Assembly (NCBI GenBank): GCA_038209745.1
Contig: JBBQXJ010000065.1
Span: 1-26,491 of the forward strand
DNA length: 26,491 nt
DNA from: Verrucomicrobiota bacterium
GTDB lineage: Bacteria; Verrucomicrobiota; Verrucomicrobiia; Limisphaerales; CANJSG01
Direction of reading: 5' to 3'
A program made the translations under genes and the position numbers. The notes beneath the pieces are model-generated. The model was not told the DNA's origin and did no database searches. It worked only from the letters and a program-made list of their open reading frames with translations. Within the stretch, counting starts at the first letter, position 1. Every line of letters begins with the position of its first letter. Shown piece after piece: positions 9,561 to 19,053 of this stretch.

Positions 9561-9676
9561 GGTCGCTTCGCCTCGGGACAATCATCAGGTTTTGCCGCCG
9601 GAGGGACCACGGCTCCAGGCTCCCAATGTAGCGGTCGAGGGGAAGGAGGGCGGTATTCGGGCGCGTGGGACCGACC
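9530..9676 (-). ncRNA. Candidate structured ncRNA, 6S RNA-like
   Basis: Hand-folded rod: the ends pair (GUCGGUCCC/GGGACCGGAC), inner stem CCUCG/CGAGG, central bubble, apical stem GCCUGGAG/CUCCGGC. It has 6S-like words GACCG..ACAUUGGGAGCC and GGC...ACCUG, and a U-rich tract follows. No covariance search was run. Confidence 0.5.
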
Positions 9677-9856
9677 TTCCGCAGAGAACGAGAACCGCAC
9701 CGGATCAAGATGTCACCATTGTGGCGAACGGAATGGTGGGTCCGGCAAGAACCGCGTCGAGCAACCGGCTTGAATCGGCGTCTCACCGCGCGTCTTCGAC
9801 GAAGCGACCCCCTGTGAACGGTAGGGTTGCCTCGCGCCGGCTGAAACCGAGAAGCC

Positions 9857-10753
<897 letters not shown>

Positions 10754-10760
10754 GGACGGA

Positions 10761-11774
10761 TCAGGCGTCTCCCGGGGCGACGCTGCCGGGCCGCTGGATG
10801 AGCAGGGTGTTGCCGCGGGCGGCGGAGATTTCGTGCGGTTCGAGCTGGCCGAAGACTTCGCGGATGAATTTGCCCAGCGTCTCGTTCGTGGGTCCGTAGC
10901 CCTTGTGGTAGATGAGGTGCTCGAGCTCGTAGAGCAGCTCGTCGGCGTTCTGGTAGCGGCGGGAGAGGTCTCGGGAGAGAGACCGTTGGATGATCTGGTT
11001 CAAGCGGTCGTCGATCCGGGGGTCGAGCTCGCGGAAGTCGGGGATCGGGAGCGTGAGGATGCGTTCGCGCGATTCGTCGGCGGTCTTGCCCTTGAAAATG
11101 TTCCGGCCGAGGAGGAGGTTGGCCAGCACGACGCCCGTGGAGAACAGGTCTGAACGCTTGTCGGTGATATGGAAGTCGGCCTGTTCCGGGCTCATGAAGT
11201 CGGCCTTGCCGGCGACTACTTCCCCTTCTTGGTCGAGGAGGAACCCGCGCGCTTTGGCGATGCCGAAGTCGGTCAGTTTCACGTCGCCTTCGAAGGCGAT
11301 CATGATGTTCTTGAAGCTGACGTCTCGGTGGACGATGCCGAGGGGGCTGCCGAGGCGGTCGGTCTTGGCATGGGCGTAGGCGAGGCCCCGGGCGATGCGG
11401 CTGGTGATGAAGACGGCGAGTTCGCCCGGCAGTATTCGGTTCTTGTCGGCGACCTGCTGCATGAACTGTTCGAGGTTCACGCCGCGGATCAGCTCCATCG
11501 CGATGAAGTAGACGCCGCGCGACTCCCCGAGGTGGTAGGTCTGGACGATGTTGGTGTGGATGAGATCCGCCACCAGCCTGGCTTCGCCGACGAAGTTATC
11601 GAGGAAGTTCTTTTGGTTCGCGTAGCTCTGGCGGATGACCTTGATCGCGATCCGCTTCATGAAGTTGCGGACTCCCTGCTGCTCGGCCTCATAGACGATG
11701 CCCATCCCGCCTTCGACGATTTTGCGGACAATCTCGTAGCGAAAATCGCTTTCGATGGTGAAGAGAGGGGCCAT
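10761..11774 (-). CDS. Stand-alone cytoplasmic Hanks-type Ser/Thr protein kinase
   Basis: Motifs GGMGIVY, IAIK, HRDVSFKN, DFG, MSPEQ and SDLFS. No TM segment. The stop lies 7 nt before the hydrolase start. Confidence 0.92.
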   Translation of the reverse strand: MAPLFTIESDFRYEIVRKIVEGGMGIVYEAEQQGVRNFMKRIAIKVIRQSYANQKNFLDNFVGEARLVADLIHTNIVQTYHLGESRGVYFIAMELIRGVNLEQFMQQVADKNRILPGELAVFITSRIARGLAYAHAKTDRLGSPLGIVHRDVSFKNIMIAFEGDVKLTDFGIAKARGFLLDQEGEVVAGKADFMSPEQADFHITDKRSDLFSTGVVLANLLLGRNIFKGKTADESRERILTLPIPDFRELDPRIDDRLNQIIQRSLSRDLSRRYQNADELLYELEHLIYHKGYGPTNETLGKFIREVFGQLEPHEISAARGNTLLIQRPGSVAPGDA

Positions 11775-11931
11775 GCTGTCCGGATGTTGTGTGTGGAAAG
11801 GTTCAAGTCAAGCTTGGCCGCGCGCACGAAAAACATAGGAAAACCTCCAGTTTTTCGAGTTTCTGCTTGCGCGACTCACGGCGCGTATTTAATACCCGCA
11901 CGTCGCAAGACTCCAAACCTCATCATACAAT

Positions 11932-12219
11932 ATGGCTAAAGCACTCTCTAAATCGCAGCTCGCCGCAACCGTGGCCGACGAAGCCGCCATCACCAAGAAG
12001 CAGGCGGTCCAGATCATCGATCTGATCGCCGCGCTCGCCTACAAGCACGCCAAGAACACCTTCACCCTTCCCGGGATCGGCAAGCTCGTTCTGGTCAACC
12101 GCAAAGCCCGTGTCGGCCGCAACCCGGCGACCGGCGAATCCATCAAGATTCCCGCCAAGAAAGTCGTCAAGTTCCGCGTGGCCAAGGCCGCGAAGGACGC
12201 GATCCTCGGCACCAAGTAA
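11932..12219 (+). CDS. hup: HU family DNA-binding protein
   Basis: 95 aa, basic; signature RKARVGRNPATGESIKIPAKKVVKF. Confidence 0.95.
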   Translation: MAKALSKSQLAATVADEAAITKKQAVQIIDLIAALAYKHAKNTFTLPGIGKLVLVNRKARVGRNPATGESIKIPAKKVVKFRVAKAAKDAILGTK

Positions 12220-12247
12220 CTCGCCCCGCGCGTTTCTCTCTTGTTTG

Positions 12248-12276
12248 GGCACTCTGTTCGCAGAGTGCCTTTTTTT
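12248..12276 (+). terminator. Rho-independent terminator after hup
   Basis: GGCACTCTG-TTCG-CAGAGTGCC, a perfect 9-bp stem, followed by T7. Confidence 0.9.
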
Positions 12277-12358
12277 GTTTGTTGGAAAAAGTTCTGAGGC
12301 TCGTTGATCGGCGGTGATGCTTGCCTCGTCGGCGCGGGTCCACTACTGCGTTGCTCCA

Positions 12359-13327
12359 ATGAAGATCGCCATCGTCGGATGCGGGGCGTTGGGCAGCTAT
12401 TACGGCGCCCGGTTGGCCCGCGACAATCACGAAGTCCATTTCCTCCTGCGCTCCGACTACGAAGTGGTGCGCAGCCACGGTGTTCGGATCGTCAGCCCCG
12501 ACGGCAACTTCCAGGTGTGGCCCGAAGCCGCACGCACGCCGGAAGAAATCGGGCCGTGCGATCTCGTCCTCATCGGACTCAAGACGACCGCGAACGATCA
12601 GTTCGCCAAACTTCTGCCGCCGCTGTCGGGACCGGCGACCGCGTTCCTCACCCTGCAGAACGGCCTTGGCAACGAGGACCGGCTGGCCGCCGTGGTGGGC
12701 CAGGACAAGACCTTGGGCGGGCTCTGCTTCGTCTGCTTGAACCGGATCGAGCCCGGGGTCATCCAACACCTTGCCCACGGGAAGATCGTCATGGGTGAAT
12801 GGCATCGACCGCCGGCTCCGCGCACACAGGCCATCGCGGACGCGATCAAGCACTCCGGCGTTCCCTGTGAAGTCAGCGACAACGTCGAGCGGACTCACTG
12901 GGAAAAGCTGGTCTGGAACATTCCGTTCAACGGTCTCGGCGTGGCGAGCGCGGCGGGCTATGAAGCGGTCGCTCTCGGCGCGGCGTTCCAGGGTGCGAGC
13001 GCCCCGTGTCTGACGTCGGACCTGCTGCTGGCGGATCCGCGTTGGCTCGCGCTGCTGCGGGAGCTGATGCTGGAAACGATCCACGCGGCGCAGGCGCTCG
13101 GGCTGGTGATCGAGGAGCGATGGGCCCAGGTGCAGATCGATCGCACCTACAACATGGGGGCCTACAAGGCCTCGACGATCATCGACTACGAGCGGGGGCT
13201 TCCGCTGGAGATCGAATCAATGTTCGGCGAACCGCGGCGCCAAGCGAGGGCCGTCGGGGTGCCGACGCCGGGACTGGACGCTTTGTGCCGAGTATTGACC
13301 GGACTGAATCCCGCCGGAGGCGAGTGA
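12359..13327 (+). CDS. panE: 2-dehydropantoate 2-reductase (ketopantoate reductase family)
   Basis: Starts MKIAIVGCGALG (Rossmann fold); motifs LQNG, WEKLVWNIPFN, ST..D and LEIE. Confidence 0.88.
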   Translation: MKIAIVGCGALGSYYGARLARDNHEVHFLLRSDYEVVRSHGVRIVSPDGNFQVWPEAARTPEEIGPCDLVLIGLKTTANDQFAKLLPPLSGPATAFLTLQNGLGNEDRLAAVVGQDKTLGGLCFVCLNRIEPGVIQHLAHGKIVMGEWHRPPAPRTQAIADAIKHSGVPCEVSDNVERTHWEKLVWNIPFNGLGVASAAGYEAVALGAAFQGASAPCLTSDLLLADPRWLALLRELMLETIHAAQALGLVIEERWAQVQIDRTYNMGAYKASTIIDYERGLPLEIESMFGEPRRQARAVGVPTPGLDALCRVLTGLNPAGGE

Positions 13328-13340
13328 CGAGGATGCCGTC

Positions 13341-13970
13341 TCACGGGAGCGCGCGCACGACCGCGTCGCTCCAGAGCGCGATGGCGCGCGACAGGCGGGC
13401 CACGTAGCCGGCGACATCTTCGGCGGCGCTCGCGGCAGGCACGGTGAAGCGCATGGCGGGGTGGGCCCTGTCCCGCTCCGATGTGCGCAACGTCCACGAA
13501 ACTTCGAGAACGACCTCGCGTCCGGGCGCGCCCTCGAAGCGGGTCACTTCGTAGGCGAGCCGGGTTTCCGCGGTGGCGGCCGCCGAATCGGAGGAGGCCA
13601 CCACGTTCAGGAGAGGCAGGGATTGGCGCAGATCGCCGGCCAGGACGCGTTCCAGACCTTTGCCAAGGGGTTCGGCCCAGTGATCGAACGGAAGGGGGCG
13701 AACGAGGTTTTGGCCGTCGTCCGTGATGATGGGTGTGGAATCGAGATAGCCCGCGATCCGCCCGGGGCCGACGCGAAGGGTTCCATGGGCCGAGGGAACG
13801 GTGGAGCTCGTGGAGCTCGTCGTCGAAAGCGGCGGGCGATCGACGGGACGCAGGACATAGAACCGGGTCGGATCCTGCTTGGGCCGGAGGGCGGAACATC
13901 CAGCCAGCAGGAGAGAGATCCCGACGAAAACGAAGGCGACGAAGCGGGGAGCGGTCTTCATGGGAGTCAT
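13341..13970 (-). CDS. PqiC / ABC auxiliary lipoprotein
   Basis: This is the real 3' part of the 964-aa track ORF. Lipobox LLLAGC, TRFYVL, WAEPL. Its ATG overlaps the upstream gene's stop (ATGA); alternative ATG at 13961. Confidence 0.85.
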   Translation of the reverse strand: MTPMKTAPRFVAFVFVGISLLLAGCSALRPKQDPTRFYVLRPVDRPPLSTTSSTSSTVPSAHGTLRVGPGRIAGYLDSTPIITDDGQNLVRPLPFDHWAEPLGKGLERVLAGDLRQSLPLLNVVASSDSAAATAETRLAYEVTRFEGAPGREVVLEVSWTLRTSERDRAHPAMRFTVPAASAAEDVAGYVARLSRAIALWSDAVVRALP

Positions 13971-14974
13971 GGTTTCTCCGGGGCTTTGCCGGTGAGGATG
14001 GAATTCGGATTGCGCTGGAGGTCCTGGGACAGCTCGCGGAACGCGTCGAGAGCGCGGCCCGCTTTTTCGAGGGTGGTGAGGAGTTCCTCGCTGACGGGGG
14101 AGCCGGGACGGATGAGGGCTTTGAGATCGCTGAAGGCGCTGGAGGCCGCGGTCAGGGCGGAATCGGCTTTTTGCAGGTCGGCGTCGAGCTTGGCGAGCAG
14201 GGGATCTGCGCCGCGGTTGAGCTTGCCGGCCAGTTGGTGTGCTTCGGCGAGCGCGAGATTCAGGTTGGTGAAGGAGGAGCGAAGGGAAGGGTCGTCGAGG
14301 ACGGAGTCCACCTTGTCGAGGCTGGTCAGGACGCGGGCGTTGACCTTGCCGAACTCCACTGCCGCCAGGTCGGCGCGGACCTCGACGAGGAGATTGGTCA
14401 ACTGTTGGGATATCGTCTTTAGATCGAAGTGGGAGACGCTCTCCAGGGTGGTCATGACGGAGGCGATGATCTCGGTGTGGGTGCTGGTGACAGTGGGGAT
14501 CTCCCAGTGGCCGTGTTCGGATTCGCGATGGAGTTGGAAGCGGACGGCGTCCTTGGCGGGGCCGAGCGAGACGTAGAGCTGGCTGGAGAGAAGGCTGAGG
14601 ATCTGCAGCCGCCCGCAGAGCCCGTCTGCGAGGGCCCGCTCGAACCGTTTCCGGTCCAGCAGATCGGTGCCCACGCCGGCCGCGCGCCGCGAGAGCTCGT
14701 CCCGGTCGATCTCGATGAGGACATTGATGGCGGCGCCGCTCCGGGCGGGATCGGGAATGATCGAGATGTCGGAGACTTCCCCGAGGGTCACGCCGAGCAT
14801 CTTGACCGGGGCGCCGATGTTCAGTCCGTTGGCCGGTTCGCGGAAGGTCAGCAGGTAGGTCCGGGTGTGGCGGAAGAACCGGCCCCGGCCGAACAGGGCG
14901 ACGGAAACGAACAGGATCACGACGGCTCCGGTGATGAACATCCCGATGGCGGCGGGGTTGATCTTGGGTTTCAT
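13967..14974 (-). CDS. MCE/MlaD-family protein with long helical C-terminus
   Basis: N-terminal TM; MCE motif GLNIGAPVKMLGVTLGEV; C-terminal LQRNPNSILTGK. Confidence 0.9.
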   Translation of the reverse strand: MKPKINPAAIGMFITGAVVILFVSVALFGRGRFFRHTRTYLLTFREPANGLNIGAPVKMLGVTLGEVSDISIIPDPARSGAAINVLIEIDRDELSRRAAGVGTDLLDRKRFERALADGLCGRLQILSLLSSQLYVSLGPAKDAVRFQLHRESEHGHWEIPTVTSTHTEIIASVMTTLESVSHFDLKTISQQLTNLLVEVRADLAAVEFGKVNARVLTSLDKVDSVLDDPSLRSSFTNLNLALAEAHQLAGKLNRGADPLLAKLDADLQKADSALTAASSAFSDLKALIRPGSPVSEELLTTLEKAGRALDAFRELSQDLQRNPNSILTGKAPEKP

Positions 14975-14977
14975 GGG

Positions 14978-15748
14978 TCAATGGATTTCTTGGCCGCGGT
15001 TCAGGAAGCGGCGCACTTCCGGGTCGGGGCAATGGTCGCGGAGTTCGGACGGATTGCCGGTGGCTCCCAGGGTCTTGGTCCGCGCGTCGAGGAACACCGA
15101 GTCGGTGCCCACGGCGAAGATGCTGGCCAGCTCGTGGGTGACGATGACGAAGGTCGTCCCCAGATGTTGGCGGAGCTTGAGGATCAGATCGTCGAGACGG
15201 GCGGCGCTGAGGGGGTCGAGGCCGGCGGAAGGTTCGTCCAGAAACAGGATCTCGGGATCGAGCGCCATCGCGCGGGCGATGCCGGCGCGTTTGTTCATGC
15301 CGCCGCTGATCTCCGAAGGGTAGAAGTCCTCGAAGCCGCCGAGGCCCACGAGCGACAGCTTGTAGGAGACGTTGCGGCGAATCTGGGCGGGCGAGAGGGC
15401 GGTGTATTGCTCCAGCGGCAGGGCGATGTTTTCGGCGAGGGTCAGGGAGCTCCAAAGCGCGCCTTTCTGATACATGACGCCGATTCTCCCCAACAGTTCG
15501 CGGCGTTGCTTGGCCTCGGCGTGGGTGAAGCTCGTGCCACCGTGGAGGATCTCGCCCGAGGCGGGTTCCTCCAGACCCACGAGATGGCGCATGAGGGTGG
15601 ACTTGCCGCAGCCGCTGCCGCCCATGATGATGAAGATGTCGCCTCGGCGGATCTGGAAGCCGAGGCCGCGCATCACCACGTAGTCGCCGTAGGCCATGGT
15701 CAGGTCGCGGACCTCGATCTGGACGGAAGCATCGGAGGTGGGCGCCAT
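14978..15748 (-). CDS. MlaF-like ABC ATPase
   Basis: Walker A GGSGCGKS, signature ISGGM, Walker B LFLDEP, H-loop VTHE. Confidence 0.93.
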   Translation of the reverse strand: MAPTSDASVQIEVRDLTMAYGDYVVMRGLGFQIRRGDIFIIMGGSGCGKSTLMRHLVGLEEPASGEILHGGTSFTHAEAKQRRELLGRIGVMYQKGALWSSLTLAENIALPLEQYTALSPAQIRRNVSYKLSLVGLGGFEDFYPSEISGGMNKRAGIARAMALDPEILFLDEPSAGLDPLSAARLDDLILKLRQHLGTTFVIVTHELASIFAVGTDSVFLDARTKTLGATGNPSELRDHCPDPEVRRFLNRGQEIH

Positions 15749-15751
15749 GGT

Positions 15752-16885
15752 TCAGAGGCCGAGGGCGGCGAAAAGGACGGCGAAGACGGCGTCCAGCGCG
15801 ATGATTGTCGTGATCGAAACGACGACGGCCGAGGTGGTCGCGAGGCCGACGGCGGCGGAGCTGTTGCCGGACTGGAGACCTTTGAGGCAGCCGGCGCCGG
15901 CGATGATGGCGCCGAAGAAGAGAGATTTGACGATCCCGGCGAAGTAGTTCGGCAACGTGACGGCCGCGATGACGTGGTCCACATACTGCCGGATCGACAC
16001 GTCGAAGGCCGGCGCGACGAGTCCGCCGCCGATCATCCCCATGACGTTGCCGTAGGCGGTGAGCAGCGGGAGCATCAGCACCAGGGCGATGACGCGGGGC
16101 AGCACGAGAAAGTCCATGGGGGAGAAGCCGAGGGTCTTCAGCGCGTCGATTTCCTGGTTCACTTTCATGCTGCCGATCTCCGCGGCAAAGGCGGCTCCGG
16201 TGCGGCCGCTCATGATGATGCCGGTCATGAGGCAACCCAGCTCGCGCACCATGCCGAGGCCGACCAGGTTCGCCACGTAGACCGACGCGCCGAACTGGTG
16301 CAACTGCACGACACCGACGAACGCGATGATCATCCCGACGAGAAGATTGATGAGCGTGACGATGGGCAGGGCCTCGGCGCCGGTGCGCTGGATGATCAGC
16401 CAGACGTCCTGCCAGCGGAACAGGGCTTGGCCCCGGACAAGGCGACCCAAGGAGAGGGAGGTTTCCCCGAGGAAGGCGAACACGTCGAACACTCCCGCGC
16501 TGAGTCCGAGCCCGATCTTGCCCACGCGGGCGAAGAAGGTCTCCGGCGGCCGCTCGGTGCGGGTGATCGTTTCCGGCACGGTCAGGGCCAGCTTGAGCAG
16601 TTCGCGCACGCCTTCCGGGCAGGCGCTCGAGTCGAGAGAAACCTCGCGATCCGCGCAGCGCCTCGCCAGTTCGACGAGCAGCGCGATCAAGCAGGAGTCA
16701 TAGTTGCCGAGGTTCGACGTATCCAGGGCGACGGTCTTGAGCACGGAGGAAGTGTCGGAGAGCTCCGCGATCTCGGGCGCTTCGGGGTGGGGCCGGTGCA
16801 GGCTCCAGTCGCCGGCCACGACGACCGTGACCACGCCGCTTCGGGCGGGACGAGGGTCGATGGTTGGCGGGGTTTCCTGGGGCAT
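15752..16885 (-). CDS. MlaE-family permease with N-terminal STAS-like domain
   Basis: Motifs RELG...GRTGAAFAAEIGSMKVNQEIDAL, VLPR and VGLATTSAVV. ATG at 16885 chosen because the longer track ORF overlaps the amt gene. Confidence 0.9.
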   Translation of the reverse strand: MPQETPPTIDPRPARSGVVTVVVAGDWSLHRPHPEAPEIAELSDTSSVLKTVALDTSNLGNYDSCLIALLVELARRCADREVSLDSSACPEGVRELLKLALTVPETITRTERPPETFFARVGKIGLGLSAGVFDVFAFLGETSLSLGRLVRGQALFRWQDVWLIIQRTGAEALPIVTLINLLVGMIIAFVGVVQLHQFGASVYVANLVGLGMVRELGCLMTGIIMSGRTGAAFAAEIGSMKVNQEIDALKTLGFSPMDFLVLPRVIALVLMLPLLTAYGNVMGMIGGGLVAPAFDVSIRQYVDHVIAAVTLPNYFAGIVKSLFFGAIIAGAGCLKGLQSGNSSAAVGLATTSAVVVSITTIIALDAVFAVLFAALGL

Positions 16886-16991
16886 GGCGCATGGTGCGAG
16901 ACGGGGGTTGATTGGGGCGTTGCGGAGGATTTGTGACGGTTTTAGGCGGAGGTGAGAAGCGTTTTGGCGCGGGCGGTGGCGGGCCGAAGAC

Positions 16992-17024
16992 AAAACCTCC
17001 GGGCGGCTTGGCGCCGGCCGGAGG
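16992..17024 (-). terminator. Terminator after the second amt
   Basis: CCTCCGG.CGGC-loop-GCCG.CCGGAGG followed by TTTT on the minus strand. Confidence 0.65.
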
Positions 17025-17051
17025 GTGATTGGAAGGCAAAGGACGGACGCT

Positions 17052-18479
17052 TCAGCCGTGGTAAGCCTCTTCGCCGTGTTCGGCGAGGTCGAGGCCCTGC
17101 CGCTCGATGTCCACGCTGGGTCGCAGACCGACGACGGCCTTGACGACATAGGCGATGACAAAGGTGCCGACCACGGAGAGGAGGATGGTCAGGCCCATCG
17201 CCTTGAGCTGCTCGACCCAGAGGGTCTTGCCGACGATGCCGGAGAGATTGGTGGCCAATCCGGCATTGCCCTCCGTGGAGGCGAAGAAGCCGGTGAGCAG
17301 GGCGCCCAGCGTGCCACCGATGCCGTGGATGCCGAAGGTGTCGAGCGAGTCGTCGTAGCCGAAGACGTGCTTCAGCTTGGTGCAGGCGAAGAACGGCACG
17401 ATGCCGGCGATGATGCCCATGATGAAGGCGGACTTCGGGGTGACGAATCCTGCGGCTGGCGTGATGACGACGAGTCCGGCGACGGCACCCGAGCAGAAGC
17501 CGAGGATGGAGGGCTTGCCACGCATGATCCATTCGAGGACGGGCCAGACAAAGGAGGCGACGGCCGCGGCGATCATCGTCGTGGTGAAGGCGTTGGCGGC
17601 GACGCCGTCGGCGGCCACGGCGGAGCCGGCGTTGAAGCCGAACCAACCGACCCAGAGCATGCCGGTGCCGATGGCGCAGAGGACCATGCTGTGGGGCGGC
17701 ATGATGTCCTTGCCATAGCCGACGCGTTTCCCGAGCAGGATGCAGAGGACGAGGGCGGACCAGCCGGAGCTCATGTGGACGACGGTGCCGCCGGCGAAGT
17801 CGATGGCCTTGACGCCGGCGGTGGCGTTCCACATGCCGTTCATGAAGCCGTTGGAGCCCCAGACCATGTGGGCGAGGGGGAAGTAGACGACGAGCATCCA
17901 GAGGCCGATGAAGAGGAGGATGGCGGAGAACTTCATGCGTTCGGCGATGGCGCCGACGATGAGTGCCGGCGTGATGATGGCGAACATCATCTGGAACATG
18001 GCGAAGACGTTGTGCGACACCCAGGCGCCGTAGTCGACGTTCGGCGCGGAGGTCACGCCGTCCAGGAAAGCGTATTTCAGCGAGCCGAGAAAGGCGCTGC
18101 CGTCGCCGGCGAAGACCAGGCTGTAGCCGCAGAGGACCCAGAGGATCGTGACGAGGCCGGCGCTGCCGAAGCATTGGGCCACGACGGAAAGGACGTTCTT
18201 CTTTCGGACCAATCCGCCGTAGAACAGGGCCAGACCGGGGAGCGTCATGAAGAGGACCAGGACGGCGGAGGTCATCATCCAGGCGTTGTGACCTGGGCCC
18301 GGAACACCGGTCAAAGCGGTGGTGGCATGCTCTTGGCGAGGTCCGTTGGTGACGTTGGCTTCGAGATCTGTCACGCGATCCTCGAGGGTCGGGGGCTTCG
18401 GGGGATCGGCGGCCAAGACCGGGGTGGTGGCGAGGACAAAAGTCCAGAGGAGCAGCAGTGTGGTGGCGATGGTTTTCAT
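17052..18479 (-). CDS. amtB: Ammonium transporter, AmtB type, with signal peptide
   Basis: Motifs PGLALFYGGLVR, FQMMFAIITPAL, DFAGGTVVH, WFGFN, DDSLDTFGIHG and GLDLAEHGE. Both pore His are intact. Confidence 0.96.
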   Translation of the reverse strand: MKTIATTLLLLWTFVLATTPVLAADPPKPPTLEDRVTDLEANVTNGPRQEHATTALTGVPGPGHNAWMMTSAVLVLFMTLPGLALFYGGLVRKKNVLSVVAQCFGSAGLVTILWVLCGYSLVFAGDGSAFLGSLKYAFLDGVTSAPNVDYGAWVSHNVFAMFQMMFAIITPALIVGAIAERMKFSAILLFIGLWMLVVYFPLAHMVWGSNGFMNGMWNATAGVKAIDFAGGTVVHMSSGWSALVLCILLGKRVGYGKDIMPPHSMVLCAIGTGMLWVGWFGFNAGSAVAADGVAANAFTTTMIAAAVASFVWPVLEWIMRGKPSILGFCSGAVAGLVVITPAAGFVTPKSAFIMGIIAGIVPFFACTKLKHVFGYDDSLDTFGIHGIGGTLGALLTGFFASTEGNAGLATNLSGIVGKTLWVEQLKAMGLTILLSVVGTFVIAYVVKAVVGLRPSVDIERQGLDLAEHGEEAYHG

Positions 18480-18645
18480 GGGCGTAGTGTGGCCTAATCG
18501 AAAAGCAAAAGGCGGCGGCCCCGTATTTGGGGCCGTCGTCCGCGCGAATCAACTGGATAGTTGCGGAGCCGAAGTCTTGTCCAAATGTCGAATGTTTTAC
18601 GGGCGGGAATCTAGGTCTACAGAGGTTGCGGAATTGGAGACGGTG

Positions 18646-18975
18646 TCATTCATGCATGGAGAGCTTCCGACGGAGCTTCATGAAAAGGGTGTAGCCATAG
18701 CCGGCGACCAGGCCACCGGAAACCCACCATTGGACGCCGTCGGCGAAGAGCACGGGGAAGAACGCCTGGATCACGGCGAGCGTGATCAGCAGGTAGGCCA
18801 CCCGCACGCCCGCGCCCGGCATGAGCGACCAGGTATTCCGGAGGTCTCCCCGTTCCAGGCGCTCCTGGTTGTGCTGCTGCGCAGCGTTCTGGAGCAGGCC
18901 GAAGGCCAGGCCGATGCCGGCTCCTGTCGCTGATCCGACCAGCGGCAGGACGATGTTGAGGATTTGAGTTCCCAT
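18646..18975 (-). CDS. Hypothetical small membrane protein (about 3 TM) between the two amt genes
   Basis: 109 aa, ATG start, co-oriented with both neighbours. Three Gly-rich hydrophobic segments and a basic C-terminus. Confidence 0.75.
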   Translation of the reverse strand: MGTQILNIVLPLVGSATGAGIGLAFGLLQNAAQQHNQERLERGDLRNTWSLMPGAGVRVAYLLITLAVIQAFFPVLFADGVQWWVSGGLVAGYGYTLFMKLRRKLSMHE

Positions 18976-19010
18976 GATGATTGATTGTCTGGAAGTGGAG
19001 TTGATTCGAG

Positions 19011-19048
19011 GGCGGCGCGGGGAGATGTCCCCCGCGCCGCCGTTTTTT
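19011..19048. terminator. Strong hairpin after the first amt; T-tract on the + strand
   Basis: GGCGGCGCGGGG-loop-CCCCGCGCCGCC perfect stem, then GTTTTTT on +. Confidence 0.6.
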
Positions 19049-19053
19049 GAGGA

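Noticed and set aside
6458..9631. 1057-aa + strand ORF and similar long ORFs (498-1787, 14429-16936, 17025-18497, 19249-20736, 24501-26021)
   Set aside because: Antisense shadows of real high-GC genes; no recognisable motifs.
9398..9856. Glycine riboswitch upstream of gcvP
   Set aside because: No GGAGA...CCGAAG...CUCUCAGG aptamer pattern on the minus strand.
13971..16235. N-terminal ~750 aa of the 964-aa track ORF
   Set aside because: Arg/Pro/His-rich off-frame reading over mlaE/F/D; only the last ~210 codons are a real gene.
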